A stretch of 62,382 bases of DNA, counting the filler. It is 5 parts of 5 records of this genome, joined end to end, with 100 filler letters (N's around TTAATTAATTAA, not from the genome) between each part and the next. Parts side by side here need not be neighbours in the genome. Positions count along the whole stretch, not along the records: positions 17,787 to 27,278 come from SRR31156797_3884; positions 27,379 to 38,199 come from SRR31156797_3893; 3 more parts are not named here. One strand, 5' to 3'. The notes below the pieces were generated by a model. It searched no databases. It was given only the letters and a program-made list of their open reading frames with translations, and was not told the origin of the DNA. Below, one piece after another: positions 18,079-28,026 of this stretch (positions are counted from its first letter, which is position 1; each line of letters begins with the position of its first letter). A program made the translations under genes and the position numbers.

Positions 18079-19653
18079 CTATTCCAGATAGACAGGATTG
18101 GAGAGCGCCATGGGCCTGCCGCACTCCCGGTCACTGAAGAACTCGAAGCGCAGCCAATCCGCGTTCCGAACGGCCTGCGGCAGGGGCATGGTGTGCCAGC
18201 TGTTCACGGGCAGAGAGAAGGTCTCGGCAATCCCCCGGGAAGCGACTATCCTCATGTAACAGCCATCGGGAAGGGGATGCCCGTTATCATCTATGCCGAT
18301 TCGAACCCTCAGCTCCGGACATCCCTCATCTCCTGAGCGGCGCAGAGTGCCTCCCGGCATAACCCTCCGGCCGTCCGGGTCTATCTCAAGGTCCAGGGCC
18401 GCCCGGTTGGACATATAGAAGTCGCCCTGCCTGAGGGCCTCCACCAATGCCCTTTCGCTGTTCTCTCCGACATGGATGACGTTATAGGGGAAGGCCTCGC
18501 TGCCGGCGGGCCTTTCCGGATCATGCAGATCGATACTGGCGGTCCCTGATATCCTGTACCCCCGGTCCAGCTGGGAGTCCCAGAAATCAAGGGTCTTCCG
18601 CATCTCATGGATACGCTCTCCAAAGGGGTGTCCCCATACCTCGATGAAGTCCACCCTGCGGTAGTCCGTATCCTCGTACTCCCAGCGGCACTGGGCGCAG
18701 ACAGGGTAATCGATCACAAAGGGATGGGCCACACCGAAAACGCCGCCCCGGGCGTGAACCTCATCGGCCAGATCGTTGACCGGGCGGAGTTCCCCGTCGG
18801 AGGATCTCCAGTCGATGTGTCCGTCTATCCCCAGCCCCAGTGCGTGACCGGCGAAGGCCCCCATCTCGATCCCTCCGATCAGAGTCAGGGCCGGCTCCGC
18901 ATCCATCTCTTCCCAGCCTGTGACCGTATTATGATCGGTGAGGGCGAAAAAATCGAAGCCCCTTTCTGCCAAAAGGCGGCACAGCTCCTCGGGCGCGGCC
19001 TTGCCGTCGCTGTGGTTGGAGTGTACATGAAGATGCCCTTTCAGCCAGCCTCCCTCGCTGTTCCTCTTCATTGATACGGAGCCATTTTTCGCAGGCAAGC
19101 GGTTGCTTGCTTTTTCTGAAGTCGAACGTGTCATTATGGATATCTCAAGATCGAAGCCCATGGCGAGGGTCAGGACGCTGCCTATCTGTATCTCAACGGT
19201 CCATTCACCGGCCATTGCGCCGGCTCTGTGGAGTCCCGGCGATGCCCGGTCCGGGCTTATGAAAAACTCATTCCACTCCCTTCCGTAATCCTGGGCTCCC
19301 TCGCCCAGGCAGCGTCCTTCGGGATCGGTCACGAAGACCCTCAGGATATTCCTGAGGGGCGCGCACCAGGAGTAGACCTGATCCACCGCGTCTTCGAAAG
19401 GAAAGCCCTCATTGAATCCTTCGCAGTAATCCCTCAGAGCGCGGCGTATGGGCTCCTCATGGGCCGGGCGGCCCTCTATGGCTTTGGGGCTGTGGGCGAC
19501 GCGTATACGCAGCTCCTGCGCCCCGGAAGGCACGCTGAAACGGTAGCGGTAGAAGCTGCCCACGCTCCCTTCGTCCAGCCCACGGCGCGAGGCCCGGAAA
19601 AGGCCGTCGGCACCGGGTTCCAGGATCTCCCTGAAAAGGCGGAGCCTATTCAT
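18079..19653 (-). CDS. PHP-domain metallohydrolase (CehA/McbA-like)
   Basis: WLKGHLHVHSNHSDG, FFALTDHN, GHALGLG, VAHPF, IEVW, DLH, C-terminal ALSNPVY. Confidence 0.8.
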   Translation of the reverse strand: MNRLRLFREILEPGADGLFRASRRGLDEGSVGSFYRYRFSVPSGAQELRIRVAHSPKAIEGRPAHEEPIRRALRDYCEGFNEGFPFEDAVDQVYSWCAPLRNILRVFVTDPEGRCLGEGAQDYGREWNEFFISPDRASPGLHRAGAMAGEWTVEIQIGSVLTLAMGFDLEISIMTRSTSEKASNRLPAKNGSVSMKRNSEGGWLKGHLHVHSNHSDGKAAPEELCRLLAERGFDFFALTDHNTVTGWEEMDAEPALTLIGGIEMGAFAGHALGLGIDGHIDWRSSDGELRPVNDLADEVHARGGVFGVAHPFVIDYPVCAQCRWEYEDTDYRRVDFIEVWGHPFGERIHEMRKTLDFWDSQLDRGYRISGTASIDLHDPERPAGSEAFPYNVIHVGENSERALVEALRQGDFYMSNRAALDLEIDPDGRRVMPGGTLRRSGDEGCPELRVRIGIDDNGHPLPDGCYMRIVASRGIAETFSLPVNSWHTMPLPQAVRNADWLRFEFFSDRECGRPMALSNPVYLE

Positions 19654-21691
19654 ACTCGACGACCACGGCTCCGTGGATATAGAGCTCAGGCAGGGTGATC
19701 TCCACGGCTCCGTCCTTCATCATCCAGGGAAGGGTCTCATCGCTGTAGGCATCGTAAATCCTGACGGGACGCTCCGCTATGCGCAGGCTGGCGTGAACCT
19801 CTCTCAGCCTGGGCACATCCTCGATGATCTCAATGGTCAGGGTCCGCCCGTCCTGGGAGGGGGCGCTGCTCCCCCGGTTCTGGGTCGGCGCGTAGAGCAG
19901 ATTCAGAAGGTACCGCCCCTCCTGTTTGAGCAGGGAAACCCGCCCCGCGGAAGGGAGATCCGTTCTGACCAGTTTCTCGGGAAGCAGCTGCTCCAGCACG
20001 CCCCGCAGCATGTACTTGTACAGGGGCTGCCCGTAGTCATGGTACATGGTAAAGATCTCATGGGCGAAGTAACAGCCGTAGGCGGTCCTTACGATGCCCT
20101 CGGAATAGGGGGCGGCGCCCTCGTTTACCGGCGTATGGAGATGGGAACAGAAATGATCCCAACGGCGGTTGAAATAGGGGGCCAGGCAGCTTCCCAGGCT
20201 TCTGCCGCTTCCAGGCTGAACCTGATAGGGAGCTCCGTACATGACGATGGGGGAGCCGGGCAGATCCGGGTCCAGTCCTACGGAGGGATGGATATAGTCC
20301 GGATCCCAGGGACTCCGCTCTCCGCTGTAGACAGGGGCGTCCTTAAGGAGGAAGCGCTTCTTCTCATGATCCATTCCGGATGAACCGGAGTGGATGATCA
20401 GGCCGCCCTTGCCGGCGTAGTCGTTCAGCCGCCTGGCCAGATCCTCGTCCACTGTGATCTCGTCGGGGATTATCAGAAGCCTGTAATCTTCAAAGCCGGT
20501 CTCTCCGTCGATCACATCAAAGGGGTATTTCAGCTCCAGGAGCATGCGGGCCGCCCCCGCGTCGCTGCGGCTGATCCGCTCGCCCCTGTCCTCGAATCCC
20601 TGACCGAATGCCTCTGCCGAGAGGATGGCGATCTGCCTCTGATAGCGGCTGCCCCTCAGATAGGGCTCCAGCTTCTTCACCCTGCCGTAAGCGGGTGCGA
20701 TGATCCTGTAGGTCTCAGGATCGATCCTGCCGGAAGGATGGAGCTGGTCGCCGATGCTGCATTTCGTGCCCAGGGCGCTCATATGGGAGCATTCGAACTC
20801 CAGGGCGGCGGGCCGTTTGAATCCGCCGAACTCACCCCAGTGGGAGTGAAACTTGCCGGTCATGCCCAGAAGCTCCATCCCCAGGGTATCGGCGTAACGG
20901 GCGGAGAGGGGGAAGTGATCATAGCCCCATCCGCCGGTGGGCAGAGACTCCAGCTCCAGATGGGAGTAGTGCTCGTAGCGGTCCCTCTCGCCCTTGTAGA
21001 TATGCCCGGAGTTGAAGAAGATGCGGCAGTCCGCCTTCTTCGCGCGAATCGCCTCGCCGAAGATACGGAAGAACTCCAGATTCACGTTCCGGTCATTCTT
21101 CTTCCGATCCTCGCTGTTCTCCGGATCCAGGCCGTCCCTCTGCATCCGCTCGAGGCAGGCGGGGCAGACGCACTCATGGGAGCCCAGTATATCCATAAAG
21201 AATCCCTCGGCGTCGTAGAGCTCGATCAGCTCGAGGGCCAATGCTATCAGATAGTCCACATACTCCCTGTGGTTCAGACAGAGGGTATGCCAGCCATGGG
21301 TGAGCTGATTCATGGCCGACGGCTCCATGCCCGGCCAGTGGGGACAGCTGTTATAGGCGCTCATCACCCGCCATTCGGGGTGCTCTCGGGCCATCCTCTC
21401 ATCCCACTGCACCGTCAGGTAGAGGGGTGTGGCGATGTCCTTCTCCCGGCAGGCCGAGATCATCTCGCCCAGAAGATCGGGACGGGCCAGATGGGGGTGC
21501 GCTTTTCCCAGCTTCGTGGGATAGTAGCACCAGCCGTGGTGGCAGCGGGCGAAGAGCGTGGCCGAGTCCACGTTGCCCTCCAGAAGGGTGTTTGTGAATT
21601 CCTCGGGATCGAATGCGGCTCCTACGTTTTTGATATGCTCGCTGGTGTGGAAGTCCAGATGGATCTGCCGGTATCTCAGTGTGTCATTCAT
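19646..21691 (-). CDS. Glycoside hydrolase, GH151-like (putative alpha-L-fucosidase) with trimerisation domain
   Basis: RQIHLDFHTSE, FARCHHGW, EGFFMDI, HLELESLPTGGWGY, MTGKFHSHWGEFGG, SIGDQLHPSG. Confidence 0.75.
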   Translation of the reverse strand: MNDTLRYRQIHLDFHTSEHIKNVGAAFDPEEFTNTLLEGNVDSATLFARCHHGWCYYPTKLGKAHPHLARPDLLGEMISACREKDIATPLYLTVQWDERMAREHPEWRVMSAYNSCPHWPGMEPSAMNQLTHGWHTLCLNHREYVDYLIALALELIELYDAEGFFMDILGSHECVCPACLERMQRDGLDPENSEDRKKNDRNVNLEFFRIFGEAIRAKKADCRIFFNSGHIYKGERDRYEHYSHLELESLPTGGWGYDHFPLSARYADTLGMELLGMTGKFHSHWGEFGGFKRPAALEFECSHMSALGTKCSIGDQLHPSGRIDPETYRIIAPAYGRVKKLEPYLRGSRYQRQIAILSAEAFGQGFEDRGERISRSDAGAARMLLELKYPFDVIDGETGFEDYRLLIIPDEITVDEDLARRLNDYAGKGGLIIHSGSSGMDHEKKRFLLKDAPVYSGERSPWDPDYIHPSVGLDPDLPGSPIVMYGAPYQVQPGSGRSLGSCLAPYFNRRWDHFCSHLHTPVNEGAAPYSEGIVRTAYGCYFAHEIFTMYHDYGQPLYKYMLRGVLEQLLPEKLVRTDLPSAGRVSLLKQEGRYLLNLLYAPTQNRGSSAPSQDGRTLTIEIIEDVPRLREVHASLRIAERPVRIYDAYSDETLPWMMKDGAVEITLPELYIHGAVVVEYE

Positions 21692-21712
21692 TATCTTATC
21701 CTTGTGTATGCA

Positions 21713-22537
21713 TCAGCCCTTTCCGCCGCTTCCGATGGAGGCGCCGGCGCTGAAGTGTTTCTGGTTGTAGAGAAAAAAGGCCAGGGGGACCGCCGCGGTG
21801 ATGATGACCGCCACCGCCTGCAGGTCCCAGTTGGGCTCATTGGTTCCCTGTATGCGGGCCAGGAGTACCGGCAGGGGAACGCGATCCCGGATAAACATCA
21901 GGGGCAGAAGCAGGGAGTTCCAGCTCCACATAAACTGGAGTATGGAGATAGCCGCCACAGGGGTGCCTGTGTTGGGCAGAAAAATACTTCTAAAGGTCCT
22001 CAGATTGCTGGCGCCGTCAATGCGGGCAGCCTCGATCAGCTCCATGGGGAAGTCCTGGATAAAGCTCTTGAGCATAAAGATGGACCAGGCGAAACCGGCA
22101 CCCGTAAAGGGGATGATGCAGCTTAAGAGATTGTCGGTAAGGCCGATCTTCCTCCAGAGGATTAGGAGGGGGATCAGCAGCACCTGCTGGGGCATCACAT
22201 AGGAAGCCACATAGAGGATCAGGGTGAACTTTTTGCCATAGAAGTGCAGAAACCTGTAGGCATAGGCCGCAGAGGCGCTGCAGACAACGGTTAGAACCGT
22301 CGCCGATGCCGCGATGATGACTGAGGAGAGGAAGGCGGGAGCCAGGGCGTAGCGGGTCCAGACCTCTCTCCAGGCGTTCAGGGTGAAGGTGAAGGGATCC
22401 AGGCGCCACCAGCCCTGTACGATCTCGACCTCGGGACGGAAGGCCATCATGATGATGCCTATTATAGGGAGGACCCAGACAAGTGCCAGGGCGCAGAGTA
22501 CGATCAGGGGCCATTTGTTTTGATTGTATAGGGTCAT
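21713..22537 (-). CDS. Carbohydrate ABC transporter permease (MalG-like)
   Basis: EAA loop PMELIEAARIDGAS and FMWSWNSLLLPL. Confidence 0.92.
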   Translation of the reverse strand: MTLYNQNKWPLIVLCALALVWVLPIIGIIMMAFRPEVEIVQGWWRLDPFTFTLNAWREVWTRYALAPAFLSSVIIAASATVLTVVCSASAAYAYRFLHFYGKKFTLILYVASYVMPQQVLLIPLLILWRKIGLTDNLLSCIIPFTGAGFAWSIFMLKSFIQDFPMELIEAARIDGASNLRTFRSIFLPNTGTPVAAISILQFMWSWNSLLLPLMFIRDRVPLPVLLARIQGTNEPNWDLQAVAVIITAAVPLAFFLYNQKHFSAGASIGSGGKG

Positions 22538-23409
22538 ATCGATTTGGACCTCTCTTTCAGGATGGGGATGGAGATCAGACCGACGAAGAGGGTCATAACG
22601 ACCACGCTGGCCGATCCGTAACCCAGCTTGAAGAAGGAAACCGTCTCCTGGTACATGAAGTAGCCGATGGTCTCGGTGGATCTCAAGGGGCCTCCCCCGG
22701 TCATGATATGGATGATGTCGAAGGTCTTCAGGCTGTTGAGCAGGTTGATGAATATGGAAACCTTGACCCCGGGCATACTGAAAGGCACCATCAGGTAGCG
22801 GAATATATCCCGGGGACCGGCCCCGTCGATATGGGCCGCCTCGAAAAGCTGGTTGGGAATGCCCCGGACGGCGGCGTAGCAGTTTAAGAGGGGAAGCCCC
22901 GTCTGAGTCCAGACAAAGCTGAAGATCAGCACCCAGAGAGCGGTTCTCTGAGACCCCAGCCAGGGAACGGCCATATTGTCCAGGCCCACGGCCCGGAGGA
23001 TGCCGTTGAGCATGCCGATGTCGGTTTGAAAGATCCCTTTGAGCATGATGCCGCTGGCAACGGCGGGGATGCCGTAGGCCATAAAGATGGCCAGACGGAA
23101 GATACCGCTCCGTTTGGGATTCAGTCCCGCCAGAAGGGCGATCAGCCAGCCCAGTCCCACCGAGAGGGTGGTGCTGGATACGGCCCAGATTATAGTGACT
23201 CTCAAGGAGCGCAGGAAGTTGGGGTCCTTCATAAGAAGGCGGAAGTTTTCAAGGCCTACGAAGGTGATCGGTCCCAGCCCCTTCCATTCGGTGACGCTCA
23301 ATCTGAGGGTGTAGAGGGCTGAGTAGACCATAACCAGGCAGAAAAGAAAGAATGCCGGCCCGATCAGGATATAGGCGTCCCAGTCTATTTTTCTATTTTT
23401 ATTTATCAT
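22534..23409 (-). CDS. Carbohydrate ABC transporter permease (MalF-like)
   Basis: FVGLENF, IPNQLFEAAHIDGAG, FDIIHIMTGGGP, LGYGSA. Confidence 0.92.
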   Translation of the reverse strand: MINKNRKIDWDAYILIGPAFFLFCLVMVYSALYTLRLSVTEWKGLGPITFVGLENFRLLMKDPNFLRSLRVTIIWAVSSTTLSVGLGWLIALLAGLNPKRSGIFRLAIFMAYGIPAVASGIMLKGIFQTDIGMLNGILRAVGLDNMAVPWLGSQRTALWVLIFSFVWTQTGLPLLNCYAAVRGIPNQLFEAAHIDGAGPRDIFRYLMVPFSMPGVKVSIFINLLNSLKTFDIIHIMTGGGPLRSTETIGYFMYQETVSFFKLGYGSASVVVMTLFVGLISIPILKERSKSI

Positions 23410-23472
23410 TATCCTGTTCCTAATACGCAAAGCCCCCCGATACAGGGGACTCTGCGTGGTAACTTAAAACAC

Positions 23473-24777
23473 TTACTTGTAAATTACCGAGGCTCTCTCT
23501 TCCAGCTTATCGCAAACGGCCTTGATATTGGCGTCCGAGGGATCGGCCAGGAAGGCCTGGATACCGCTGCGGAACTCGGCGCTCATCTCGGCGGGAAGCA
23601 TGTCGTCCATGACGAAGAACACCTGAGAGGAGGCGAAGAGCTCGGAAGACATCTGAGCCGTGGGATCATAAGCTCCCAGGTCGGCGGAACTGCTGGGGGT
23701 CATCATCTTGTGCTTAGCCACGATAGCGGAGCCTTCCGGGCTCAGAACGAAGTCCAGGAAGAGGGCGGCGGCATCGGGATTCCTGGCATCAGCCATCATG
23801 ATCCAGCTCTTGCCGTCGATGCTCAATGTATCGCCGAACTCCTTCTTGATGGAGGGGAAGGGAGCGAAGCTGTAATCCTTACCGGGCTCCAGTCCGTACT
23901 CCCCGTGGGCTCTGTTGCTGAACCAGCTTCCGATCAGGGTAAAGCCGGCGGTTTTCTGGCGGAGCACGGCGTCCTGTGCGGAGTCCCAGTGGTTGCTGAA
24001 CATAGTATTGGCATCATCAAAGAAACCGTCTTCCAGAAGCTCCTGCCAGTAGCCGAACACCTCAAGTACCATGGGATCGTTCCAGGCCATCCTGTGTGCA
24101 GCCAGATCGGCGGAGGCCTTGGTACCTCCCACCTTGAGGATCAGGTTCTCAAACCACTCCGTCTGGGCCCATTTCTTGGCACCCAGGGCGACGGGAGTCA
24201 ATCCGGCAGCCTTGAGCTTGGCACCTGCGTCCATGAACTCATTCCAGGTCTCTGGAACCTTGTCGATTCCGGCCCTGGTAAAGGCCTCATCCGAGTACCA
24301 GAGACCGCTTCTGTTTCCGGCGAGGAAGTAGACGCTCCAGGTTTTGCCGTCCTTGCTGCCCAGCTCTCTCCAGCTGTCGTTCAGGTACTGATTCCAGCCG
24401 TAGGAATCCCAGTAAGCGTCTACGCTCTTAAGCATGCTCTGTTCTCTCAGCTCCGCCTCCAGGGAGGGCCAGGTATTGAGGACCAGGTCAAACTTGTCGC
24501 CTGCGAGGAGGGCAGTCTTGATGCCGCTTCTGGCATCCCCGCCTCCTGCAGAGGTGTTCACGTCTTTGATTGTGATTCCGGGGTATTTGGCCATAAAGGC
24601 CTCTTCCAGTTCTATGATCGGCTCCCGTTCGGAACCTCCGAGCCAGTTGAGCAGAACCAGTTCGCCCTTGATCTCGCTGTCACCGGAGGCTGCGGCCTCT
24701 TCCTGGGAGCCGGCGGCCCAGAGGGAAGCGGCTAAAAGGGTCATCAGGATGATGGATAGGGTTCTTTTCAGTTTCAT
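23473..24777 (-). CDS. Sugar ABC transporter extracellular solute-binding protein
   Basis: Signal ending LWAAGSQE (spirochaete-style), PETWNEF, GSW. RBS AAGGAG precedes the ATG at 24777. Confidence 0.88.
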   Translation of the reverse strand: MKLKRTLSIILMTLLAASLWAAGSQEEAAASGDSEIKGELVLLNWLGGSEREPIIELEEAFMAKYPGITIKDVNTSAGGGDARSGIKTALLAGDKFDLVLNTWPSLEAELREQSMLKSVDAYWDSYGWNQYLNDSWRELGSKDGKTWSVYFLAGNRSGLWYSDEAFTRAGIDKVPETWNEFMDAGAKLKAAGLTPVALGAKKWAQTEWFENLILKVGGTKASADLAAHRMAWNDPMVLEVFGYWQELLEDGFFDDANTMFSNHWDSAQDAVLRQKTAGFTLIGSWFSNRAHGEYGLEPGKDYSFAPFPSIKKEFGDTLSIDGKSWIMMADARNPDAAALFLDFVLSPEGSAIVAKHKMMTPSSSADLGAYDPTAQMSSELFASSQVFFVMDDMLPAEMSAEFRSGIQAFLADPSDANIKAVCDKLEERASVIYK

Positions 24778-24805
24778 AACATCTCCTTTGCTTGATATTA
24801 AACCC

Positions 24806-24835
24806 ATTGTAATTATAACGTTTCAATTCTGTCAA
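24806..24835 (-). promoter_or_regulatory. Sigma70 promoter with a LacI-type operator in its spacer
   Basis: Minus strand TTGACA, gaATTGAAACGTTATAAT (18 nt), TACAAT. A related site AATGAAACGATTAAAT lies at 24956-24971. Confidence 0.65.
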
Positions 24836-24989
24836 ATGAATTTCTTACTGCTTTCTGCTTTAAAACAAGCATAAACACATTAAATACAACTTCATATTAT
24901 TACATAGTAGATATTTAAACGATCACCAAGACAAACAAAAATACAGCAGATAATTAATGAAACGATTAAATTTGCATTTGAAATGAATC

Positions 24990-25021
24990 AAAAAAAGGCC
25001 CCGCTGAGCTGTGCGGGGCTT
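24990..25021 (-). terminator. Intrinsic terminator after the LacI gene
   Basis: Minus strand AAGCCCCGC-ACAGCTCA-GCGGGGCC-TTTTTTT. Confidence 0.75.
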
Positions 25022-25036
25022 GAAAGGGAGGGAGGA

Positions 25037-26041
25037 TCAGCCGCAGTAGGAGACAGAGTTCCTCAGGATAAGGTTGCATCTGAGCTTCAGCTCGCGTCCC
25101 GGTCCGCTGTAGCGCCCCGTTATGCGATCCAGAAGGAACTCCGAGATCTGCTCCCCCACCTCCCTGGTGGGCTGGGCGATAGAGGTCACCGGAGGAGACA
25201 GTATGTCAAAGAAGTCGGGATCGTCGAAACTGATCAAAGAGAGATCCTCAGGGATTTTCAATCCCAGCTCCCGCACGGTCTTCATGCCCCCCACGGCCAT
25301 CAGGTAATTGCTTGTGAACAGAGCCGTAGGAGGAGCGTCCAGGCGCATCAGCTCCTTCAGCCCGAGATAGCCGCTGATATCATTCCAGTTTCCGTAGACC
25401 ACCAGAGATTCGTCGAAGGGTATATTATTTACCTCCAGCGCTCTTTTATAACCATTCAGCCTGTTCTGCGCCGTACTGTCCTGCATGTTTCCGGTAATGA
25501 AGGCTATGCGCTTGTGGTTCATCTGTATCAGATAGCTAACCGCTTCGAAGGTCGCGTCTTCGTCGTTGACCATGACCCTGTCCAGATCCAGTCCGGGTAT
25601 GTCGTTATTGTATACGGCTACGGCCTTGCCCATCGCCAGATACTCCTGCACCTGCTCCAGACGGCAGTCCAGGCCCGACAGTGCGATCCCGTCGAACTGA
25701 CGGTCCATAAAAAAACTGAACACATTGTCGAAGATGGTCGCCTTGTCCTCATGGTGATAGGTCACAAGGGTATAGCCCTCCTCACGGAAGAGCTTGACCA
25801 TGGTGGATTGAACGCCCGTATTAAACTGATCGTAACCTGAGATGATCAGGCCGACGGTGGAGGACTTTCCCGTTTTCATGGAGCGGGCCAGATGGTCGGT
25901 GCGGTAATTCAGATCCCGGATTGCCTTTTCGACGGCCTTCCTGTTGCCCTCTTTGATTTTATATCCGTTAAGGAAGCGGGAGACCGTTCCGATACTGACG
26001 CCGGCAGCCGAAGCCACATCTTTGATTGTCGCATTTTCCAT
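25037..26041 (-). CDS. LacI-family transcriptional regulator
   Basis: TIKDVASAAGVSIGTVSRFLN, IPEDLSLISFDD, PPVTSIAQP. Confidence 0.95.
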   Translation of the reverse strand: MENATIKDVASAAGVSIGTVSRFLNGYKIKEGNRKAVEKAIRDLNYRTDHLARSMKTGKSSTVGLIISGYDQFNTGVQSTMVKLFREEGYTLVTYHHEDKATIFDNVFSFFMDRQFDGIALSGLDCRLEQVQEYLAMGKAVAVYNNDIPGLDLDRVMVNDEDATFEAVSYLIQMNHKRIAFITGNMQDSTAQNRLNGYKRALEVNNIPFDESLVVYGNWNDISGYLGLKELMRLDAPPTALFTSNYLMAVGGMKTVRELGLKIPEDLSLISFDDPDFFDILSPPVTSIAQPTREVGEQISEFLLDRITGRYSGPGRELKLRCNLILRNSVSYCG

Positions 26042-26133
26042 AGATAAGAAAATACCATTAAAAAGGCCTCCGGTGCAAATAATAAGCAGGCGTCACCCTG
26101 TCAATCCTGGGGATTGATCGGTTAGAATGGGCC

Positions 26134-27090
26134 ATGAGCCAATGGAACCTACTACAGAATCATCTTACAGAGAAGAAGTCCCCCATCGACGGGGCATGTG
26201 AAAAACTCTTTAACGGACCCGCGGGAAAGGTCCCCGGCCTCGAACAGCTACACATAGACCGCTTCGGCGATCATATCTTCGTCCTTACCTATCTGGAGCT
26301 AAGGCCCGAGGACCAGGAGCGGCTGAAAGCCATGCTGAACGAGCTTTACAGGGACTGCTCCGTCCGGATACAGCAGCGGGAATCCGGAGAATTCCGGGAG
26401 CTCTTTCTGAGCGAAGGGGCGAAGAAGGATTTCCAGGTCGAAGAGGGAGGACTGAATTACAAGGTCCATACCGGCAGGGGCCAGAACACGGGATTCTTTG
26501 CCGACATGAAAGAGGGAAGACGCTGTGCGAGAGAGCTCTGCAGCGCTAAAAAGGGGTCGGGGATTCCGAACCTGAAGGTGTTGAACCTGTTTGCCTACAC
26601 CTGCTCCTTTTCCGTGTCCTGTCTTGCCGGAGGGGCTGACACGGTCGACAACTGGGATATGAACAAGAACTCCCTGAAGATAGGAAAGGAGAACCATCGA
26701 TTAAACGGATTTGACGAAAGGAGAGCCTCCTACTTCGGTTACGACATCTTCAAGTCCTTCAGCAAGATCATCCGCAGGGGCCCCTATGATCTGGTGATCC
26801 TGGACCCGCCGCCCCGTCAGGGACGGAGCTTCAGCTGGAAGAAAGACTACCCCCGGCTCATGCGGAGACTCCCCGGAATCCTCAAGCCCGGGGGCTCTGC
26901 ACTCTTCTGCCTCAATGCTCCCGACTGTGGCAGGCAGGAGTTTCTGGATATGATAAAGAGACTGACTCCCGGTGATTTCTCCGGCATTAGAGAGATCCCC
27001 TGTCCTCCCGAGTACCTGGGACGCTACCCCGACAGGGGATTAAAGACATTTCTTGCCGATGATTATAAAGCAGCCCCCTTGGAAGCTTGA
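26134..27090 (+). CDS. Class I SAM-dependent methyltransferase (RlmI/RlmK-like)
   Basis: QNTGFFADM, VLNLFAYTCSFSV, YDLVILDPP. Confidence 0.8.
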   Translation: MSQWNLLQNHLTEKKSPIDGACEKLFNGPAGKVPGLEQLHIDRFGDHIFVLTYLELRPEDQERLKAMLNELYRDCSVRIQQRESGEFRELFLSEGAKKDFQVEEGGLNYKVHTGRGQNTGFFADMKEGRRCARELCSAKKGSGIPNLKVLNLFAYTCSFSVSCLAGGADTVDNWDMNKNSLKIGKENHRLNGFDERRASYFGYDIFKSFSKIIRRGPYDLVILDPPPRQGRSFSWKKDYPRLMRRLPGILKPGGSALFCLNAPDCGRQEFLDMIKRLTPGDFSGIREIPCPPEYLGRYPDRGLKTFLADDYKAAPLEA

Positions 27091-27134
27091 AGAGCGGCGC
27101 TCCCGGGCATAGAATAGTAGTAAGGACGACTGAA

Positions 27135-27278
27135 GTGAGAAAGTTTGGGATACTTGTATTGATGACTCTGATTCTGGCCTGCGAGCAGCCTGACGATTCC
27201 CTGTCCGGGGACTTTGTCCTGAACAACGGCGGCGGCATCCTTCTCCCCATGGAGGAAGCCGTCACACCACCGGCCTTC
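27135..27278 (+). CDS. Putative lipoprotein, 3' truncated
   Basis: GTG start, MRKFGILVLMTLILAC lipobox; runs into the linker. Confidence 0.45.
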
Positions 27279-27378
27279 NNNNNNNNNNNNNNNNNNNNNN
27301 NNNNNNNNNNNNNNNNNNNNNNTTAATTAATTAANNNNNNNNNNNNNNNNNNNNNNNNNNNNNNNNNNNNNNNNNNNN
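27279..27378. other. Artificial contig linker
   Basis: N-run, TTAATTAATTAA, N-run. Confidence 0.98.
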
Positions 27379-27397
27379 GCCACTCGGCCACTCCTCC
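27379..27397 (-). tRNA. 5' fragment of a tRNA, probably tRNA-Ser (anticodon not in window)
   Basis: Minus strand GGAGGAGTGGCCGAGTGGC is the acceptor 5' strand plus D-arm typical of tRNA-Ser. It is preceded by TTGACC (27439-27434), a 17-nt spacer and TGc-TATATA. Confidence 0.65.
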
Positions 27398-27476
27398 GAA
27401 AGACCAGGGATATATAGCACTATGGTTTGGTCAGGTCAAGCATTAAATCAATATTTTTTTTAAATGTATCTTGATG

Positions 27477-27504
27477 TTGACAGACAGGATAATTGAACTA
27501 TAAT
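27477..27504 (+). promoter_or_regulatory. Consensus sigma70 promoter for the hypothetical-argS operon
   Basis: TTGACA, 16-nt spacer, TATAAT. Confidence 0.7.
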
Positions 27505-27562
27505 TTTAGATTTACTGTCTGCAAAGAATCAGGTTATATATATAGGTAAAGGGAGATATGCG

Positions 27563-28018
27563 ATGAAACAGAAGTTTACATTTGAAATTGATGAGAAAAA
27601 AGGCAGGTTGACGCTTTCGGAATCGGCAGAAGCCGATCCCGGTACCTTTTTGAAACTGCACTTTGAAGAGTATGATATTGAAGAGGTTAAGGAGGCTGCG
27701 GCCAAGGGACAGGACGCCTTTATCGAGATCTTGAGGCGGAAAAACCTTTTTCCTTCCTATGCTCTTGCCGAAAAGCTGTTTGAGGCCTTTGGCAGCTTTA
27801 TTAAGGAAGGTGGGGAGAAGTTCGTGATGGACTACGATGATGTAGACACCTTCCCCTCCCTGGAAGCCGAAGGGGCGGAGGATGAGGAAGATGTCGAGCT
27901 GGACGAGCTGTTGGCCACCGATGACAACGATCTGAGCGAGGATGATATCAAAGAGATCGATTCCGAGGACGATACCCCGAAATTTCGAATTGACGATAAT
28001 TCAGAGCAAGAGAACTAG
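27563..28018 (+). CDS. Hypothetical protein with a highly acidic C-terminal tail
   Basis: RBS AGGGAG; ends 8 nt before argS; last ~60 aa are D/E-rich. Confidence 0.75.
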   Translation: MKQKFTFEIDEKKGRLTLSESAEADPGTFLKLHFEEYDIEEVKEAAAKGQDAFIEILRRKNLFPSYALAEKLFEAFGSFIKEGGEKFVMDYDDVDTFPSLEAEGAEDEEDVELDELLATDDNDLSEDDIKEIDSEDDTPKFRIDDNSEQEN

Positions 28019-28026
28019 CCCCCATA

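Noticed and set aside
20390-22126. 578-aa plus-strand ORF (also 19673-20383 and 23710-24735)
   Set aside because: Antisense shadows of well-supported GC-rich genes, with no protein motifs.
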